From assembly GCA_001938485.1 (NCBI GenBank), contig MQRK01250014.1, positions 1 to 52,142 on the forward strand: a stretch of DNA of 52,142 nucleotides, written 5' to 3'. The first letter of the stretch is position 1; each line of letters begins with the position of its first letter. The notes beneath the pieces are model-generated. The model made no database searches and had not been told where the DNA came from. It was given only the letters and a program-made list of their open reading frames with translations. A program made the position numbers and the translations under genes. Positions 11,765 through 25,563 of this stretch are shown here, piece after piece. This DNA is from Girardia tigrina (lineage: Eukaryota).

Positions 11765-14232
11765 TTTATGTACTCACATTGGTGAAATTCACCCACACCA
11801 AATTCTATTTTCAGCATGAATGTGTAATGAGCAAATAACGTTTGTGTTTGTACCTTCTCTATTCTCCAATCGAAACAAGTATTTTCTTTCAACTTGCTTT
11901 TATTACATACGATGTGTCATAATATTCAAATAGTACTTTTGTTAGAATACGATTTGGTAAAATGCTGTTATCAAAATGAATAACTTTTTAATATCTTTAG
12001 TAGTTCTTTAATGTTTAAAGTACATATATCTTTACTCTCTCACTTTGTTGCCCTTACTTTTTCCGCATGATACAATCTTCAATTCGTTTTTAGAAAGGCC
12101 TCGTACTTCTCGAACATCGAAACGTCTACCATTGGAGATTATTGTGGGCCACCCTGTTGAAGATGATGATGACCAAGTCAATGTAAAAGTAAATGAGCGT
12201 TGCGAGCGTTGTTGAGTTCAGAAAATTTTTGAATGTACAATCGTATCAAATTAATAGTTAAACAATTACGTTCCGTAAAATATTGTTATAGATATGTTAA
12301 AATAAGATTTTCAGAAATTTAATGTAAAAATAATTTATGTAAAAAATAAAATAAATTTTATGGTAAGTTTATTAAAAGATTTATTATAAATTAAAAAAGT
12401 TAATTTCAAATTTGATGAAAATATTTAATTGAAATAAAATGAAAAGTAATATAAAGTTTAATATTTTATTTGCGAAATGAAAGTAAACTAAACTATTTTT
12501 GTAACTTTTTAATCGAAGTAAATTAAAAATGTAATTGTAATTTTGTTTTGGAAATTTTAATTATAATCAAAATATAATTGTAAAACTATTACATCGATTT
12601 AAATGAAAATGCGGTTTTAATTTTATTTAGGAAAACGTAATTATTAATGGAAATATAATTTTATTTTTTATGTAAAAAAGGAAGTAATTTAAAAATTGTT
12701 AAATTAAATGAAATTGCGGTTTTAAATTCTATTTTCAAAATATTATTAAATCCAAAGTAATTTTTAAAACTATTATGAAAACGAAATGGAAAATGCTATA
12801 GTATAGAATTGGGAAATTTAATTGAGGAACAGGTAAATTTAAAGGTACAATAAAATTGAAATTTAATAAAAGACTCAACAAAATCTTTGTGACAAAATTT
12901 TAATTCACTTTATAATTTTTTATTAAAAAAAATATAGAACTTTAATTCGTAAAAAATACAATAACCATATTTAAATTTATATCAATTCTTATTTATAATG
13001 GTTTGTGCAAAACTTCCTCGAAAATATTTGTTTAAAAAACTCAAATTGTGGTAGAAATAAAATTTTGTGTTGATGACAACGTCTTTTGATCAAGAACCCA
13101 ATAATGACGAAGAATGTATGCGTACACTTGCGATTCAATGATCCCCTTCGCCGTGATCCAAATGGTTGTATGGCTCCATTGAGAGATGCTGCTTCATCAT
13201 TTATCAGATCTCTTAGGGAATATGTGACCGCATCAAAATATTTAAGTGTGGACGAGCAATTTTTTGAGCTCCATGGAAGGGTGCGCTTTCGTCAATATAT
13301 GCCATCGAAACCTTGCCAATATGACATAAAATATTTTAGCTAACGGAGTCTGCTGTTTCAACGGTCTTATTTATGTAGGTTGAGGTACAATATCCGATGA
13401 GCGAACTTTTACTTCATCATTTTCAGAAGCTATTGTCATGCGTCTCATGGGACTTTTCCTCAACAAAAGGCCGACATATCAAAGCTGATAATTGATTCTT
13501 CTCTGGAAAACTGCTTGTTCACAACACCACTTATATCGGCAAGATTCGGAAGAACAAACTTTGCCTTTCACTCAGGATAAAGACAACAACTGGTAGATAT
13601 CGTGGTAACACATACTTTGTCCACAACGATTCCATGGCATTGGTCTCATATTGGGATAAAGATACTGCTCCTGTAATTCTTGTTAACTCCCTTTACAGAG
13701 GCAACGAGACGTCTGATTTTAACCTGAGAACCGTTTTATTCTACAATGAACACAAGGGAGGAGTGAATAATCTTGACACAAAGTTCGTTCATTCTCATGC
13801 AAACGAAAATGCCAACGACGGCCGTTTGGTATTGTGTGCGATATATTTATGTCATAAACTGAATGTATTTGATTGACAAGTCAGCTGATTCCTCAAAGAA
13901 AACAAACCACTATACGTTTTTGAAAAATTTTGGATATCTGCTAGTTGATGAACACATACAACGATGCTCAATGTTCCCTAAGCTGAAGAACTCAACAAGC
14001 CAAGCCATGGATACAAAGCTGAAAATCCAATCATTTTGAATATCAATATGAGTAAAACTCAGCGATGCAAGATATGTCCGAGTTATAAATACAGAAAGAC
14101 CAGCAATTTATCTTTTCAGAAATAAAACAACGGATATACTGAGTGTTTTCTCATCGATAGAACATTTAAATACACTATAGATAAAGAATAAAGCTGAATG
14201 GGTGAAAATCACCCATGCGCGTACACATAGGT
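11765..14232 (+). mobile_element. piggyBac-family element, degenerate; transposase remnants at ~13080-14100
   Basis: LSVDEQ...GRVRFRQYMPSKP.(K)Y and YNEHKGGVNNLD motifs. Degenerate inverted ends TATGTACTCACATTGGTGAAATTCACCCA (~11768) and TGGGTGAAAATCACCCATGCGCGTACACATAGG (~14199-14231). An AT-rich insert lies at ~12250-13060. Confidence 0.8.
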
Positions 14233-14539
14233 ATAACTATTTTCGCCGTACGACAACAGTTACTACGTTACGATACATTATATTGCAAAATAAACTCCTT
14301 TTTATTCATTGTGGTTACATATATATTAAATCAAAAAATTATTTTACTGTTTCATGTGATACAATTTTTTATATTTGTCAATTAAACTTATTGGTTGCAT
14401 TTATTTTCATAAACTACCATTTTGATCGCGAACATGGACAGATTTATTAAAAAGATGTAAGTTGGTAGACGTCGTAACCTGACGATTCTACTGTTCTCGA
14501 ACCGATTGAAACTGCTACCGAAAACATCGCATCTACTTC

Positions 14540-15523
14540 GACAGTGTCAATACTAGTTTTCTAAATTTCGTTCTGAAAAATTTCATCTGAAAGATGCACC
14601 ACGCTCCGGTCGACCAGTTGAAGTTGATGGCGACAAAATAACAGCACTGATCAAATCTAATCCACATATGACGACAAGAGAAGTTGCAGAGACTCTGGAA
14701 ATATCAAAATCAAGTGTTGGAAGTCATTTAAAGAAAATTGGATTCGTCAGTAAACTCGATATGTGGTTACCACATGAACTGAAAGAAATTCATTTGGTGA
14801 AACGTATAGACATTTGCAATTCCCTTTTGAAGCGAGAACAAAGTGATCTATTTTTGAAGCGCTTGATTACGGGTGACGAAAAATGGATTGTTTACAACAA
14901 TGTGGAACGCCGACGATCATGGACAAAACGTGGTGAGCCTGCCAAAACGACCCCAAAAGCAGAAATTCACCAAAAGAAGGTTATGCTTTCCGTCTGGTGG
15001 GATTTTAAAGGAATTGTGTTTTTTGAACTCCTTCTGAGGAATGAAACCATCAATTCAGACAGATATTGTGGTCAGCTGGAGAAATTGGCTCATTCAATTC
15101 AACAGGAACGTCCTGAATTGGCAAATCAAAAAGGAGTTGTAATTCAGCATGATAACGCAAGAGCGCATACAAGTTTGACCACTCGCCAGAAACTCTTATC
15201 ACTGGGTTGGGAGGTTTTGCCGCACCCATCGTATTCTCCAGACTTGGCCCCATTGGATGTTCACTTATTTAGATCACTGCAGAATTCCTTAAACAGAAAA
15301 AAACATTCGCCAGTGATGATGACATCAAATCGTCCCTAGACGGCTTTTTTGCTGACAAAGGCAAAGGTTTTTATGAATCAGGAATAATGAAGCTACCGGA
15401 AAGGTGGAAGAAATTGATTGAAAATAATGGAAAATATATCGTGTAAAAATATTTGTGCATCCATGTCATTTTTTGATAATAAATATTTTAGTAAAAAACG
15501 CAATGACTTTTTGGCCAACCCAA
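14540..15523 (+). mobile_element. mariner (DD34D) transposon, 5'-truncated; ORF 14668-15339 with a C-terminal frameshift
   Basis: WLPHEL, ITGDEKWIVY, HDNARAHT and HPSYSPDLAPLD motifs. The 3' TIR ...CGCAATGACTTTTTGGCCAACCCAA is followed by TA. Confidence 0.92.
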
Positions 15524-15699
15524 TATATATAGACACGTATTTGTATTTTAAAGTTTAATTATTTTAATTTACTCTGATATTAAAATCTATCCCGGTATAT
15601 GAAGCGTAAAATTAATTTTAGAGTGTTAAGAAAAATTTAATGAATATAATTCATGGGAGTTATGGACAGAGTAATTCGAAATGATTGCAGTTAATCAGC

Positions 15700-15960
15700 A
15701 GGTGAGAAGGACATATTTATGTTTTTTCTATTTATGCTAAGTGTATCAGTGCTCAGTATTTATATGGAACTTTTGGAGGAAAAATAAAGTGTATGCGAAG
15801 TTTTTCTAGGTTTAAATGCTGCTTACGGTGTGAGATCTCGTGAAGTGTACCGTAAACTGAAGGAAATAGAACTATCCGACTTTGATACAATCGATGAATA
15901 TCCTGCTGAGGTATCTAGATTAGCGAAGAAATTTCAGAACTTAGTGCAGTTTAGCTTGTC
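15700..15960 (+). pseudogene. Possible decayed LTR-retrotransposon gag remnant
   Basis: LNAAYGVRSREVYRKLKEIELSDFDTIDEYPAEVSRLAKK resembles the Gag major-homology region. Confidence 0.35.
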
Positions 15961-17929
15961 ACCGAATAGTTTTCGTTGTCTCTGAAAGATGATTTGAATA
16001 GTTACAGTTAGTTTATTGAAAGTCTTTACTTACAAATCTAGCTCATTTTGGGATATCGTCTAAGCTGAACAGTTAATAATCAAGGCAAAGTACGGCGAAA
16101 AATCGGCACCGACAATAGGTTTTATAATGTCTGCCACTAAAAACGTGCACGTATTTTCTTTGTCAATGCACGAAATTATTAGGTTTACCGTAAGATTACC
16201 ATAATATTTGATTGACCCACTGTTTGTTGAGAGTAGTAGTGTTTGACAAGGATGCGGATTTGATTGACACGTTAAATTGAAAGAATACTAAGATCAATTC
16301 CTGATTCTACTAAAAAATTGAAGATTTGATGGTTGATCTTAGATAAAATGGAAAAAAATAGATTTTTGATGTCCCAAGAAGGCTTTATTTAAAGAGGTTT
16401 CAATAATCGGGACTATTGCAACCTGTTGTAGTTTTTCGCCAGCTTAACGGATCTGAACTATTTATCCCAGTAATACCCGTAGCTTCATCATCAATTGTTT
16501 CTGTATGTGACAGAGAAAGCACTGAGATGTGTCATTGTATGACATTCCATCTGAGAGCGTCGGCCAAGCTAAGAGCATTATTAATTATAAATATTTTCTG
16601 ATGCAACTAGATCAGAGATCGAATCCGATTGATTTCATTGAGATTTTGATTCGAATAACGAATACTGAAGCCAATAATTCGTCATTTCTTGGTCTTTTAT
16701 TTGTAGATAAAACGAGGGAAAACAAGAAAAACCCTATTAGACCGATTGATCCCTTCAACCAATCTCTACAAAGGAATTACTTCAATTTTAACACAAATTT
16801 AAAAAAAAAATTAGTTGTTATTGGGTTACTACTTAAAGTCAAATCTGATTTTATTTATAAATATTTTCTCTAAATAACAGGTTCTTTCTGTTATTTATTG
16901 ATATTTTTTATTAAAAGCTTAGTGAAATTAAGAAATTAAAATATCATATGCCTTTGGATAATTCATAACATACAAAGCATAAAAATAAAGGATGTTGATT
17001 TACGGTCATTACAAACACTTAACACCACAAAAGACAAAAGTGATTTTTTCCTCTGATAATTTTAAGACAATAATTCTTATCGACTTAATTTTTTCAAGTT
17101 CCAATCTATATTCTTATGGTCTATCAAAGTAATGAAAAATAACAAAAGACATTCTATATGGATTGTCTTGAAATGGGGACGGTTAAATTGTCTTGCGATC
17201 AGAAATGCCTGCTTGGATTTTTAGAGTTATTTAGAATGATCCTGGTTGACGAAAAAAATGTTAATATTAGTATTTTAGGGAACATGATGAATTATAAAAA
17301 ATCGGCACCGACAATAGGTTTAAATTAAAGGAAGAGTGAAAAAAACCACTGGTTTACAACAAAGCAATTTTAATAGTAGCAGCACTAAAGAGTCCTTGAA
17401 AGGAAATTTCCTTTGTCACATGTTTTGTCTAGCATTCCTAGACGCTAAAAAATTGAAATCATGCGAAATAAAGATGTGGTTTTACCAAATTATTAGACAT
17501 ATATCGGGAATTTCTTGATGACAATTACTACAATTTAAAAAAGAATAATCTAGAGTGACTTTATATATCCCCAGTTTTTTAAAACGTTTTGGATTATGAA
17601 TGTGAAATATTTATAAAAGCACTCCAAAGCACTAAAGACTTGAAGGATGAAATTATTACGGAGTTAAAGAATTCGATAAATTATTCGATAAATGATTTTA
17701 AAGAGGGTTTGTTTGACGAATTGTTAGAAAATCTTCTTCAACACAATTATAGGATTTATCAAGTTGACCAACAATGATTTCGCTTACAATTTATTCTTAT
17801 TTATTAAACACATAACAGTGTTGAACAAGGTTACTGTTGGGCCAGTCTGTGTAATAATAATATCAAAACAAAATAAAAAACATAAAAAAATAATAAAATA
17901 GAATATAAAATAATAATTATTGTAAGTAA

Positions 17930-18280
17930 CGTATTTCACCCATAAACAAATTTCACCAAATAAACAACCTCTTCTACCAATCAATCGAAATGGATTAAAT
18001 GGCTGTGGATTCGGGTCTAAACTGAAGATCTTTAAGTTTCTCTCACAATGATTTTGGCGAATCTGTTTACAGACCTCCTCCACAAGACTGATATCCAGTA
18101 GTTTGTTGGCTGCGTTCACTGATATTTTCATCAGAACTTCGAAAACTTTTTCTATCGGAAAGCATCTATATATATCACACTCAAATTCATCAGTTAGGGA
18201 GTCAAGTTCCGTTTGTCTCATACAAATGTCAGTTTTATTCACTTTTTCAGTATCAAATTTTGATCATTTCGCCGTGATCA
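17930..18280 (-). CDS. Unidentified protein-like open frame (host exon or pseudogene)
   Basis: ORF 17784-18242 has balanced composition over its first ~105 aa, then runs into AT-rich low-complexity sequence. No family recognised. Confidence 0.25.
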
Positions 18281-20029
18281 TTTCGCGGCTATGGAACATC
18301 AGTCAATGGTTGGTGGTTTATTATTAAAACAATTTGTCTCATTAATTTAAAACTTTGACCAATTATTATTTTTACCGAAACAACAAGTAGTAATAAATAT
18401 ATTAATAAAAAAATCATTCTTAAATAATTATTTTCTCTTAACATTTAAGTTTTTTTAAATATTAGTTGGGTGGCTCATTGCATAATATCAATATTGTGAT
18501 CATTATTTAAAAGCTTCAATCCGGATGAAAATTTTTTAATAAAAACAAAATTCATCCATAAAAAATATATTTGAAGACAATGTATTTCGTCGGATCAACC
18601 GTCATCTTCAGGTCACTGATTAATAATTATTAATATTTAATTTCTCTGAGTATAAATGCAAAAATAATGATTGTGTAATCAATTGAATGAAATCGCTCAA
18701 TCAAAAATTCTTGATAATCAGATTTAGACTGCCGATTGAACATTGATTTTAGGGTAACGTGACGGAATTAACAATGCTTCACACGACACTCATCAATGGC
18801 ATTGTTAGCATACATTCACGTGCTTTCATATCTGGTTCGATTTTTTTTTATTAAAACATCATTTTTTGTATTTAACTAAGTAAATATATAGAAATGTTTT
18901 GTGTAATTATGAATAAGTGAAACTCTCTTGTTGATTGTTATGGATTATGAGTTCTGTGGTTATAAAAACAGAAATTTATTTTAAAATTTCGAAGCTTCAA
19001 GTTTTTATTTAATTTTCTAGATTTTAATTTTGGTTATTTAATTTTAGATTCTGGCTTTTAAATATGGAATTTTTATTCGAAAGTTAAAAATATTTGTTAG
19101 CAGAAAGCTACTGTAAAAGTTTAAATACAAATATGAATAAAATATAAAAAATAATAAAATAAATAATTGGAGTATCGTAGAAAAACGAAACGTAATTCTC
19201 ATGTAAGAGTAAAATAAATAAACCCCATAAGGTTGCATGGACAAACGGAACAAGATACTCATATGAAACTCTTTCTGGTTGTACTAAAATGGTTATCACT
19301 GCGATTTTTTAACCTACAAATAATTTAATAACATACTTATTATTATTTTATTTATATTTTTTATAACTTAAAATTATTTAATAAATGTTAGTTGAGTTAA
19401 TATCGTTTTTGACATTTCGAAGTCGAATTCATTTTTATTAGAACAAATTAATTATTTTTATTATAAACAAACGCAAATAAATTTTTAGATTCCTTTTTAA
19501 AAGTCGATACGCCGACATTTATTTTAATTTTAAAATTCTGATCAAAAAATTGATATTTGTAAAGAACGCAAACTAGATAACAAAATTTATTAGATAAAAT
19601 ATTGCTCGGGGTTCGATAACCGATTTGAATAGAAATCTTAGCTCTTTTATATTAATGCAATATTATATAGTATTATATAATATGACCTTGGATCAGTTGA
19701 TGCAATTGAAATTGATCTTGCAATTGCATATTCCGGTGATGTCATGACATAAAATCACCGGAATTTGAACTCTAGTGATGTCATGAGATGAGACATCATT
19801 GAAGTTCAATATTATTGAATGTGGTGAAGAATGACATCACCACAATATTTAATTCGATTTATTTTAATAGTTTTTAGATTATCAAATTACTTTAAAATTA
19901 AAAAAAACATTTATTTTATCACAACCTTATAACTTAAAATTAATTCGATTTAATCTTTTTTATTAAATAATAATTATTTTAAAATAAAAAAACACTTTTT
20001 ATTACAATTTTATTGTGATTTCTAATCTA

Positions 20030-20440
20030 TAATGACTCGCAAAACTGTCTTTCAGAATGCGTATCCAAATTTGAAGTCAGAATTGAAAATTCATCCTTTA
20101 CGTCCACTGATTTTCTATTCTGACACGATTTCAAATGCTTACAAACTTTACTCGTCCGAATTTGTTGCGTGATCTCACTAATCCAAGTAAGGAGATGACC
20201 TATGTCTCTCCAATGTACGAATTCTGACATCCTTGACATAAAAATTTATAAACAATATTAGATCGCACACCCAAATCTGTTTTTGATTTTAACGAGAAAA
20301 ATGCTTTTACCTTCGAAGTTATAGACACAAATTTTATATCGTTGTTAAAGCAATTAAGTAAGCCATGTCTAAATTTTAAAAGAAATTTCACAATATGGCA
20401 CTTTCATAGTTGGTCTTGGATCTATCTTGATTTTACACCT
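20030..20440 (-). mobile_element. Penelope-like element fragment (GIY-YIG endonuclease)
   Basis: FFSLKSKT...SNIVYKFLCQGCQNSYIGET*GHLLTWISE...VCKHLKSC...FSIL is the Penelope VY..C..C..YIG.T pattern. Confidence 0.85.
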
Positions 20441-22069
20441 TTCAATTTAATCATACTTGTCTGGGTTCTTTTTTGTGAACTGTAAATTTTTGATATTTTT
20501 AAATTAAAAATCATATTTATATTTGAGATAAATTAAAAATAATGTTCTATTAATTAAAATGAAATTACTTTTTATAAAAAAAATTAAGTTTATAGATAAT
20601 ATTTTTACTAATTAAAATGAAATAAGGTTTCATAAAAAAATATGGTTTATAGGTTATATTTTTACTAATTAAATAGGAACAACTTTTCATAAAAATTAGG
20701 TTTTAAAAAATCACAATTAAAATAACAGCTTAGGAGTTAAAGAATATTGTAGAGAAGATTTTGATATAACTTGTAACACTATTTAAAATTAAAATCATAA
20801 TTGATGTGGACAATGCCACCGATCGATCGCATGCTAAAATGCGACAGCGCAATATTTGCTCGTCGATCAATAAAATTTACCATATTTCGGTGGCGTTCAT
20901 ACTTTCGAAGGGTCGCCANNNNNNNNNNNNNNNNNNNNNNNNNNNNNNNNNNNNNNNNNNNNNNNNNNNNNNNNNNNNNNNNNNNNNNNNNNNNNNNNNN
21001 NNNNNNNNNNNNNNNNNNNNNNNNNNNNNNNNNNNNNNNNNNNNNNNNNNNNNNNNNNNNNNNNNNNNNNNNNNNNNNNNNNNNNNNNNNNNNNNNNNNN
21101 NNNNNNNNNNNNNNNNNNNNNNNNNNNNNNNNNNNNNNNNNNNNNNNNNNNNNNNNNNNNNNNNNNNNNNNNNNNNNNNNNNNNNNNNNNNNNNNNNNNN
21201 NNNNNNNNNNNNNNNNNNNNNNNNNNNNNNNNNNNNNNNNNNNNNNNNNNNNNNNNNNNNNNNNNNNNNNNNNNNNNNNNNNNNNNNNNNNNNNNNNNNN
21301 NNNNNNNNNNNNNNNNNNNNNNNNNNNNNNNNNNNNNNNNNNNNNNNNNNNNNNNNNNNNNNNNNNNNNNNNNNNNNNNNNNNNNNAAATCCAATTAAGA
21401 AAGTTTTTTTTTAAAATTAAAGTCAAAAAAATTAAATTAAATATCACTTTAAAAACTCTTAATTGGTTGCTACTGCTGATGCGATTTAGTGAACACTACA
21501 ATAATGTTTATTGAATTTAATTGTCAATGGAAAAGTTTTAATAAAAAAAATAATTTATTGAATATTTTAAAATCAAGTTCTAAAATAAAAATCATAATGT
21601 TTCATTGAAGTTAATTGTCCACGGAAAGTCTTATTAAAAAAATAATTTATAATTGAATGATTTAAAATTAAAGAAAAAATTATTTAGGAATTGAATTTTT
21701 ACAGGACGTGTCCATTAAAATATTTTTAAAGATCTAAATTTAAATTTCAATTAATAAACATTGTAAAAATTAATAAAACAAAAACAAAATATGATTTATA
21801 AAAAAACAAAAAGTTAAAAAAACAAAAGTATTAAAAAACAAAAGTTAAAGAGAGACTGGATAAGATTATGTACTCTGATTGTGCTTTTGATAAACGGTTT
21901 AGGCAGATATTAGACAAAGAGTATCATTGGGTTCGTGATTTAAATCCAAAGTCATTATTCGCAAACTTTATTTCTAATACAACTTTCATTATTCAAAAAA
22001 AATTATGAGGAACAATATTTCAGTTACATAAACCAGATTTTAAAATTCTAAATATAAATAATATCGATG

Positions 22070-22107
<38 letters not shown>

Positions 22108-22157
22108 NNNNNNNNNNNNNNNNNNNNNNNNNNNNNNNNNNNNNNNNNNNNNNNNNN

Positions 22158-22185
<28 letters not shown>

Positions 22186-22189
<4 letters not shown>

Positions 22190-23299
22190 CAGCGTGTAAA
22201 AATTGTTATTTTATTTGCGAAGCATGAGTCAGTGACTTTAGTAAGAAGAGAATTTAAACGACTTAAATGGAAAAATATTCCAATCGAAAAAAGTATTAGA
22301 AGCATCTTCAAAAAGTTTGAAGAAACAGGAAGCATTCTAAATGCCCCAAAATCTGGAAGACCACCAATTGATGATGAAAAGAAAAATGAGATAGCAGAAC
22401 ATTTTAAGCAAGAAACCCAGTCTTCTATCAGGAAATCGTTGTCAACTCTGAATTGCTCTTATGGAACTGTTCAAAAAGTATTACGAAACGACTTTAAAAT
22501 GTTCCCCTACAGAATTCAAGCCACGTGACTTCTGTATGAAGAAGATTGCACTCTTAGACGTGTTATGTGTGAAACGTTAATTCAATCGATATATGCAGAT
22601 GAAAATTTTCTAAGTAACCTGATATTCTCTGATAAGTCAACTTTCCATCTTAACGGTTTTGTAAACAGACATAACTGTCGCATTTGGGGCACTCAAACAC
22701 CAACCGAAACATATCAGAGGTCACAGACTAGTGAAAAAGTTAATGTTTGGTTGGGGTTGCCTTGAACTCGTGTTTATGGGAACTTTTTTATTGAAGGAAA
22801 CATAACAGCTGCGCTTTACCTGGATATGTTAATAAGTTGCTTTATATCATCGTTATTAAGAACATGCAAACGGAAGATGGAGCACCTGCCCATTATTCAC
22901 TGATTGTGCGACAATTTCTGGGTGAAGCGCTTCTACAACGTTGGCTGGGACGTTGTGGTCCATATGTATGGCCGGCCAGGTCAACTGATTTGAAACCACT
23001 CGATTTTGTTGTGTGGGGGTATTTGAAGAATGAAGTGTATAAGAGAAAACCAGAAACAATTCAGCAACTTAAAGATTTTATTTGTCAAGAAGCGGCAAAA
23101 ATAAAAGGTGAAATGTGTCAAAATGCCATTAAGTCTTTTCATGGACGCCTTAAACATTGTATTGATGTCGATGGTTATTCTGTTGAATATTATTAAATTT
23201 TAGTAAATGCTTTTTTGTTATTTGAAATCATTTTTTCATAATGTTTTGCCAAAAAAAGTTATTGCAGTTTAAAACCCGGTAGTTACTTTATGATCACCT

Positions 23300-23301
<2 letters not shown>
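22186..23301 (+). mobile_element. Tc1/mariner superfamily DD41D (rosa/Visitor-type) transposon, degenerate
   Basis: N-terminal HTH with FEETGS..PKSGRP, then IFSDKSTFHLNGFVNRHNCRIW. There are exactly 41 residues between the D of DGAPAH and the D of PLDF. The 3' end GTTACTTTATGATCACCTTG is followed by (TA)n. Confidence 0.9.
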
Positions 23302-23333
<32 letters not shown>

Positions 23334-23745
23334 TGGAATTTAGAAATCTATTTTTGAAAATTTTTTAATCAATCATTTTTTTCCAACTTTGCACTTAAAC
23401 TCATTTTCGATGACAATTTAATATACAGGGTGCCCTGTATCAAACCAAAGGAGTTGATGAAATCAAAGTGTATTTAATTAAACACGTGATAAAGGCAAAT
23501 AATTATATTTACATAAATAAGTGTAATGGAAAGAGAAATTGGGTCTAATTTCCATTTCAATTAATTTTATTGAATAATTATATAAAGAAACGAGTAATAT
23601 TTATTAAAAACACAACAGACACTAGAGTGTTAATGAATATAATTAATTGTCAAATTTGGCGATATATAAATACATAGATTGCGTTCGTGGATTCATAATT
23701 GACAATAAGTATCTTTCTGGCCAAGTCAAAATGAGTGAATCGAAA

Positions 23746-24075
23746 TTAACACATGGAAATTGTTGTACAAACGCAGATTTCTCTGTTTAGTCTGTTACTA
23801 AACATTATTCGAGTGAACTCACAATGCAAGTGGTTTAGGTGCCAGTAGTTTGATGGACATTCATCGGCGAGAGTACCCAGTGAGACGAATTTCCGGTTCC
23901 AGATAAAGCAGAAAACCTGGCAAATGGATAGTGATCCGGTTGGATGCGTCACAGAAAAACAATTCGGAAATCAGCTTGTAGATTTTTCCAATGCAACTAA
24001 AGTCAGCGGATTTCGATTTATCCAAAATACTAAGGCATTGAATAGAAACAAAAGAATTATATTATTTCGACATAT
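23746..24075 (-). pseudogene. Possible small secreted Cys-rich (Ly6/three-finger-like) gene remnant
   Basis: A hydrophobic leader (IILLFLFNALVFWI), a stop, then C..CQVFC..ECP..HCEF..ICVCTTISMC. The call rests on Cys spacing only. Confidence 0.25.
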
Positions 24076-24699
24076 GAGGTCACATCATGCTCTGTTGTTG
24101 GCTATTTGATCCTATCTGAAAGGGGGAAAAGTGTTGGATCCTCTCAGGGAGAGAAATGAGAGTAAACCATAAGTTGTCACTGAAAGTTTTATGGATCGCT
24201 AAACTCGATGTATTTTTAATATTCAATCACAAAAATTCATCAATGTTTGTATCAATTGTTGGGAGTGATAAAAAAATTATTTACATTCCTAAGTTTCATT
24301 TTTGTCATTGTTATTTCTTTTGATATGTTTGATATTTTCTATTAAAATTTATATGTAAAGAACATTTTTATTTAAATGAAGTAAGTTAGTTGAAGGCGTT
24401 AGAAATAGGCGAAATTGTAAAAAAAGAGAGAATTTGCTAATAATAATATATTAATAAAAATTGATAAATCGATTTATTTTATGAATTCTGTCGTGAAATC
24501 TTTGGGAATAAACGCGATAATCGAATCTTATCTCAAGAAATACTATCACAAAATCAAAACTATCTAGAGTCATTTGACTCGTTAGTCTCACTGGAGTCTC
24601 AGACAAATCGAAACGTATTTCAAAGTTGTAAATAATATCGAAAGAGTGTTGAATGAATGTTTAACGCTGATTGAAGGGTGTAAATCGGGCGATCAAAAC

Positions 24700-24952
24700 T
24701 ACAACAAAATGACCGAAGAAAATCTCGCGAGCGTCAAAACCGTCCAACCGGGTGCTCTAAGTGATGATAGCAAAACCGACGAGAAAGAATTCTTAATCAA
24801 TCTAATCGATTCCCTAGATCACGTAGATTTCAATGGCGAAGTAACAGCAGCGTTAAGAGTGACCGACGGGGTGCTGGTTGTAATCGACTGTGTTAAGCGT
24901 GTTCGTACAGACTGAGACCGCGTTGTGCCAGGCGATCACAGAGAGAATCAAA
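24700..24952 (+). pseudogene. EEF2: Elongation factor 2 G-domain fragment
   Basis: [35 protein letters not shown], then after a frameshift [15 protein letters not shown]. The canonical sequence is [55 protein letters not shown]. The DSPG motif is mutated. Confidence 0.92.
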
Positions 24953-25563
24953 GTACGTGAGCTCTTCTCTTGTATCTCTCTCTCTCGTCCAAGTGTCTCC
25001 GCGCTCCAATTATTATTAGCTGCACCGCATCCACCCTCTATACAATCAACATTGGCAATTATCAATTAATTCTTTGACTTCTTTTTTCAAAGTTGTACAA
25101 TGAAGAAATAAAGTTGAAGTTGCATTTTTAATAATCGTACTTTTGAATCGTTAGAATTGAAAAGGTTAAAAAGAATATTATTTGTATTTCTGCGAAAGCA
25201 TGCACCCATAAATTATTCCGTGTTCGAAATCGCTGCACTTTAATCAAAACTGCCAACATCCAAATGACAAATATCGCGATACAGTTCAAGAATCCAAATA
25301 ATTGCAATTTAAGCGGCTATTGTCCGATAAGATGGCCATATTTGACGGTGAATGTCATTCACATTGTCACGTGGGTCACGAAGAATATCCAGAACGTCAT
25401 GAAACATAATCCAAGATATAATAAGCGATAAATTTGATGTTATGTGCAGGTTACAGCTGAATTTGCAAAGAAAGTACGTATAAATCCAACCATCTGATTG
25501 TTTGATTCATTATTATTGAATGGATCAATAATAATTACTTTCATATATATATATATATATATA

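Noticed and set aside
12250-13060. Very AT-rich tract inside the piggyBac element as a possible organellar insertion
   Set aside because: No tRNA, rRNA or mitochondrial protein motifs were recognised. It is low-complexity sequence only.
20800-20918. PBS-like TGGCGACC on the minus strand at a gap edge
   Set aside because: It is plausibly a Gypsy leader, but the LTR would fall in the gap and no gag follows, so it cannot be supported.
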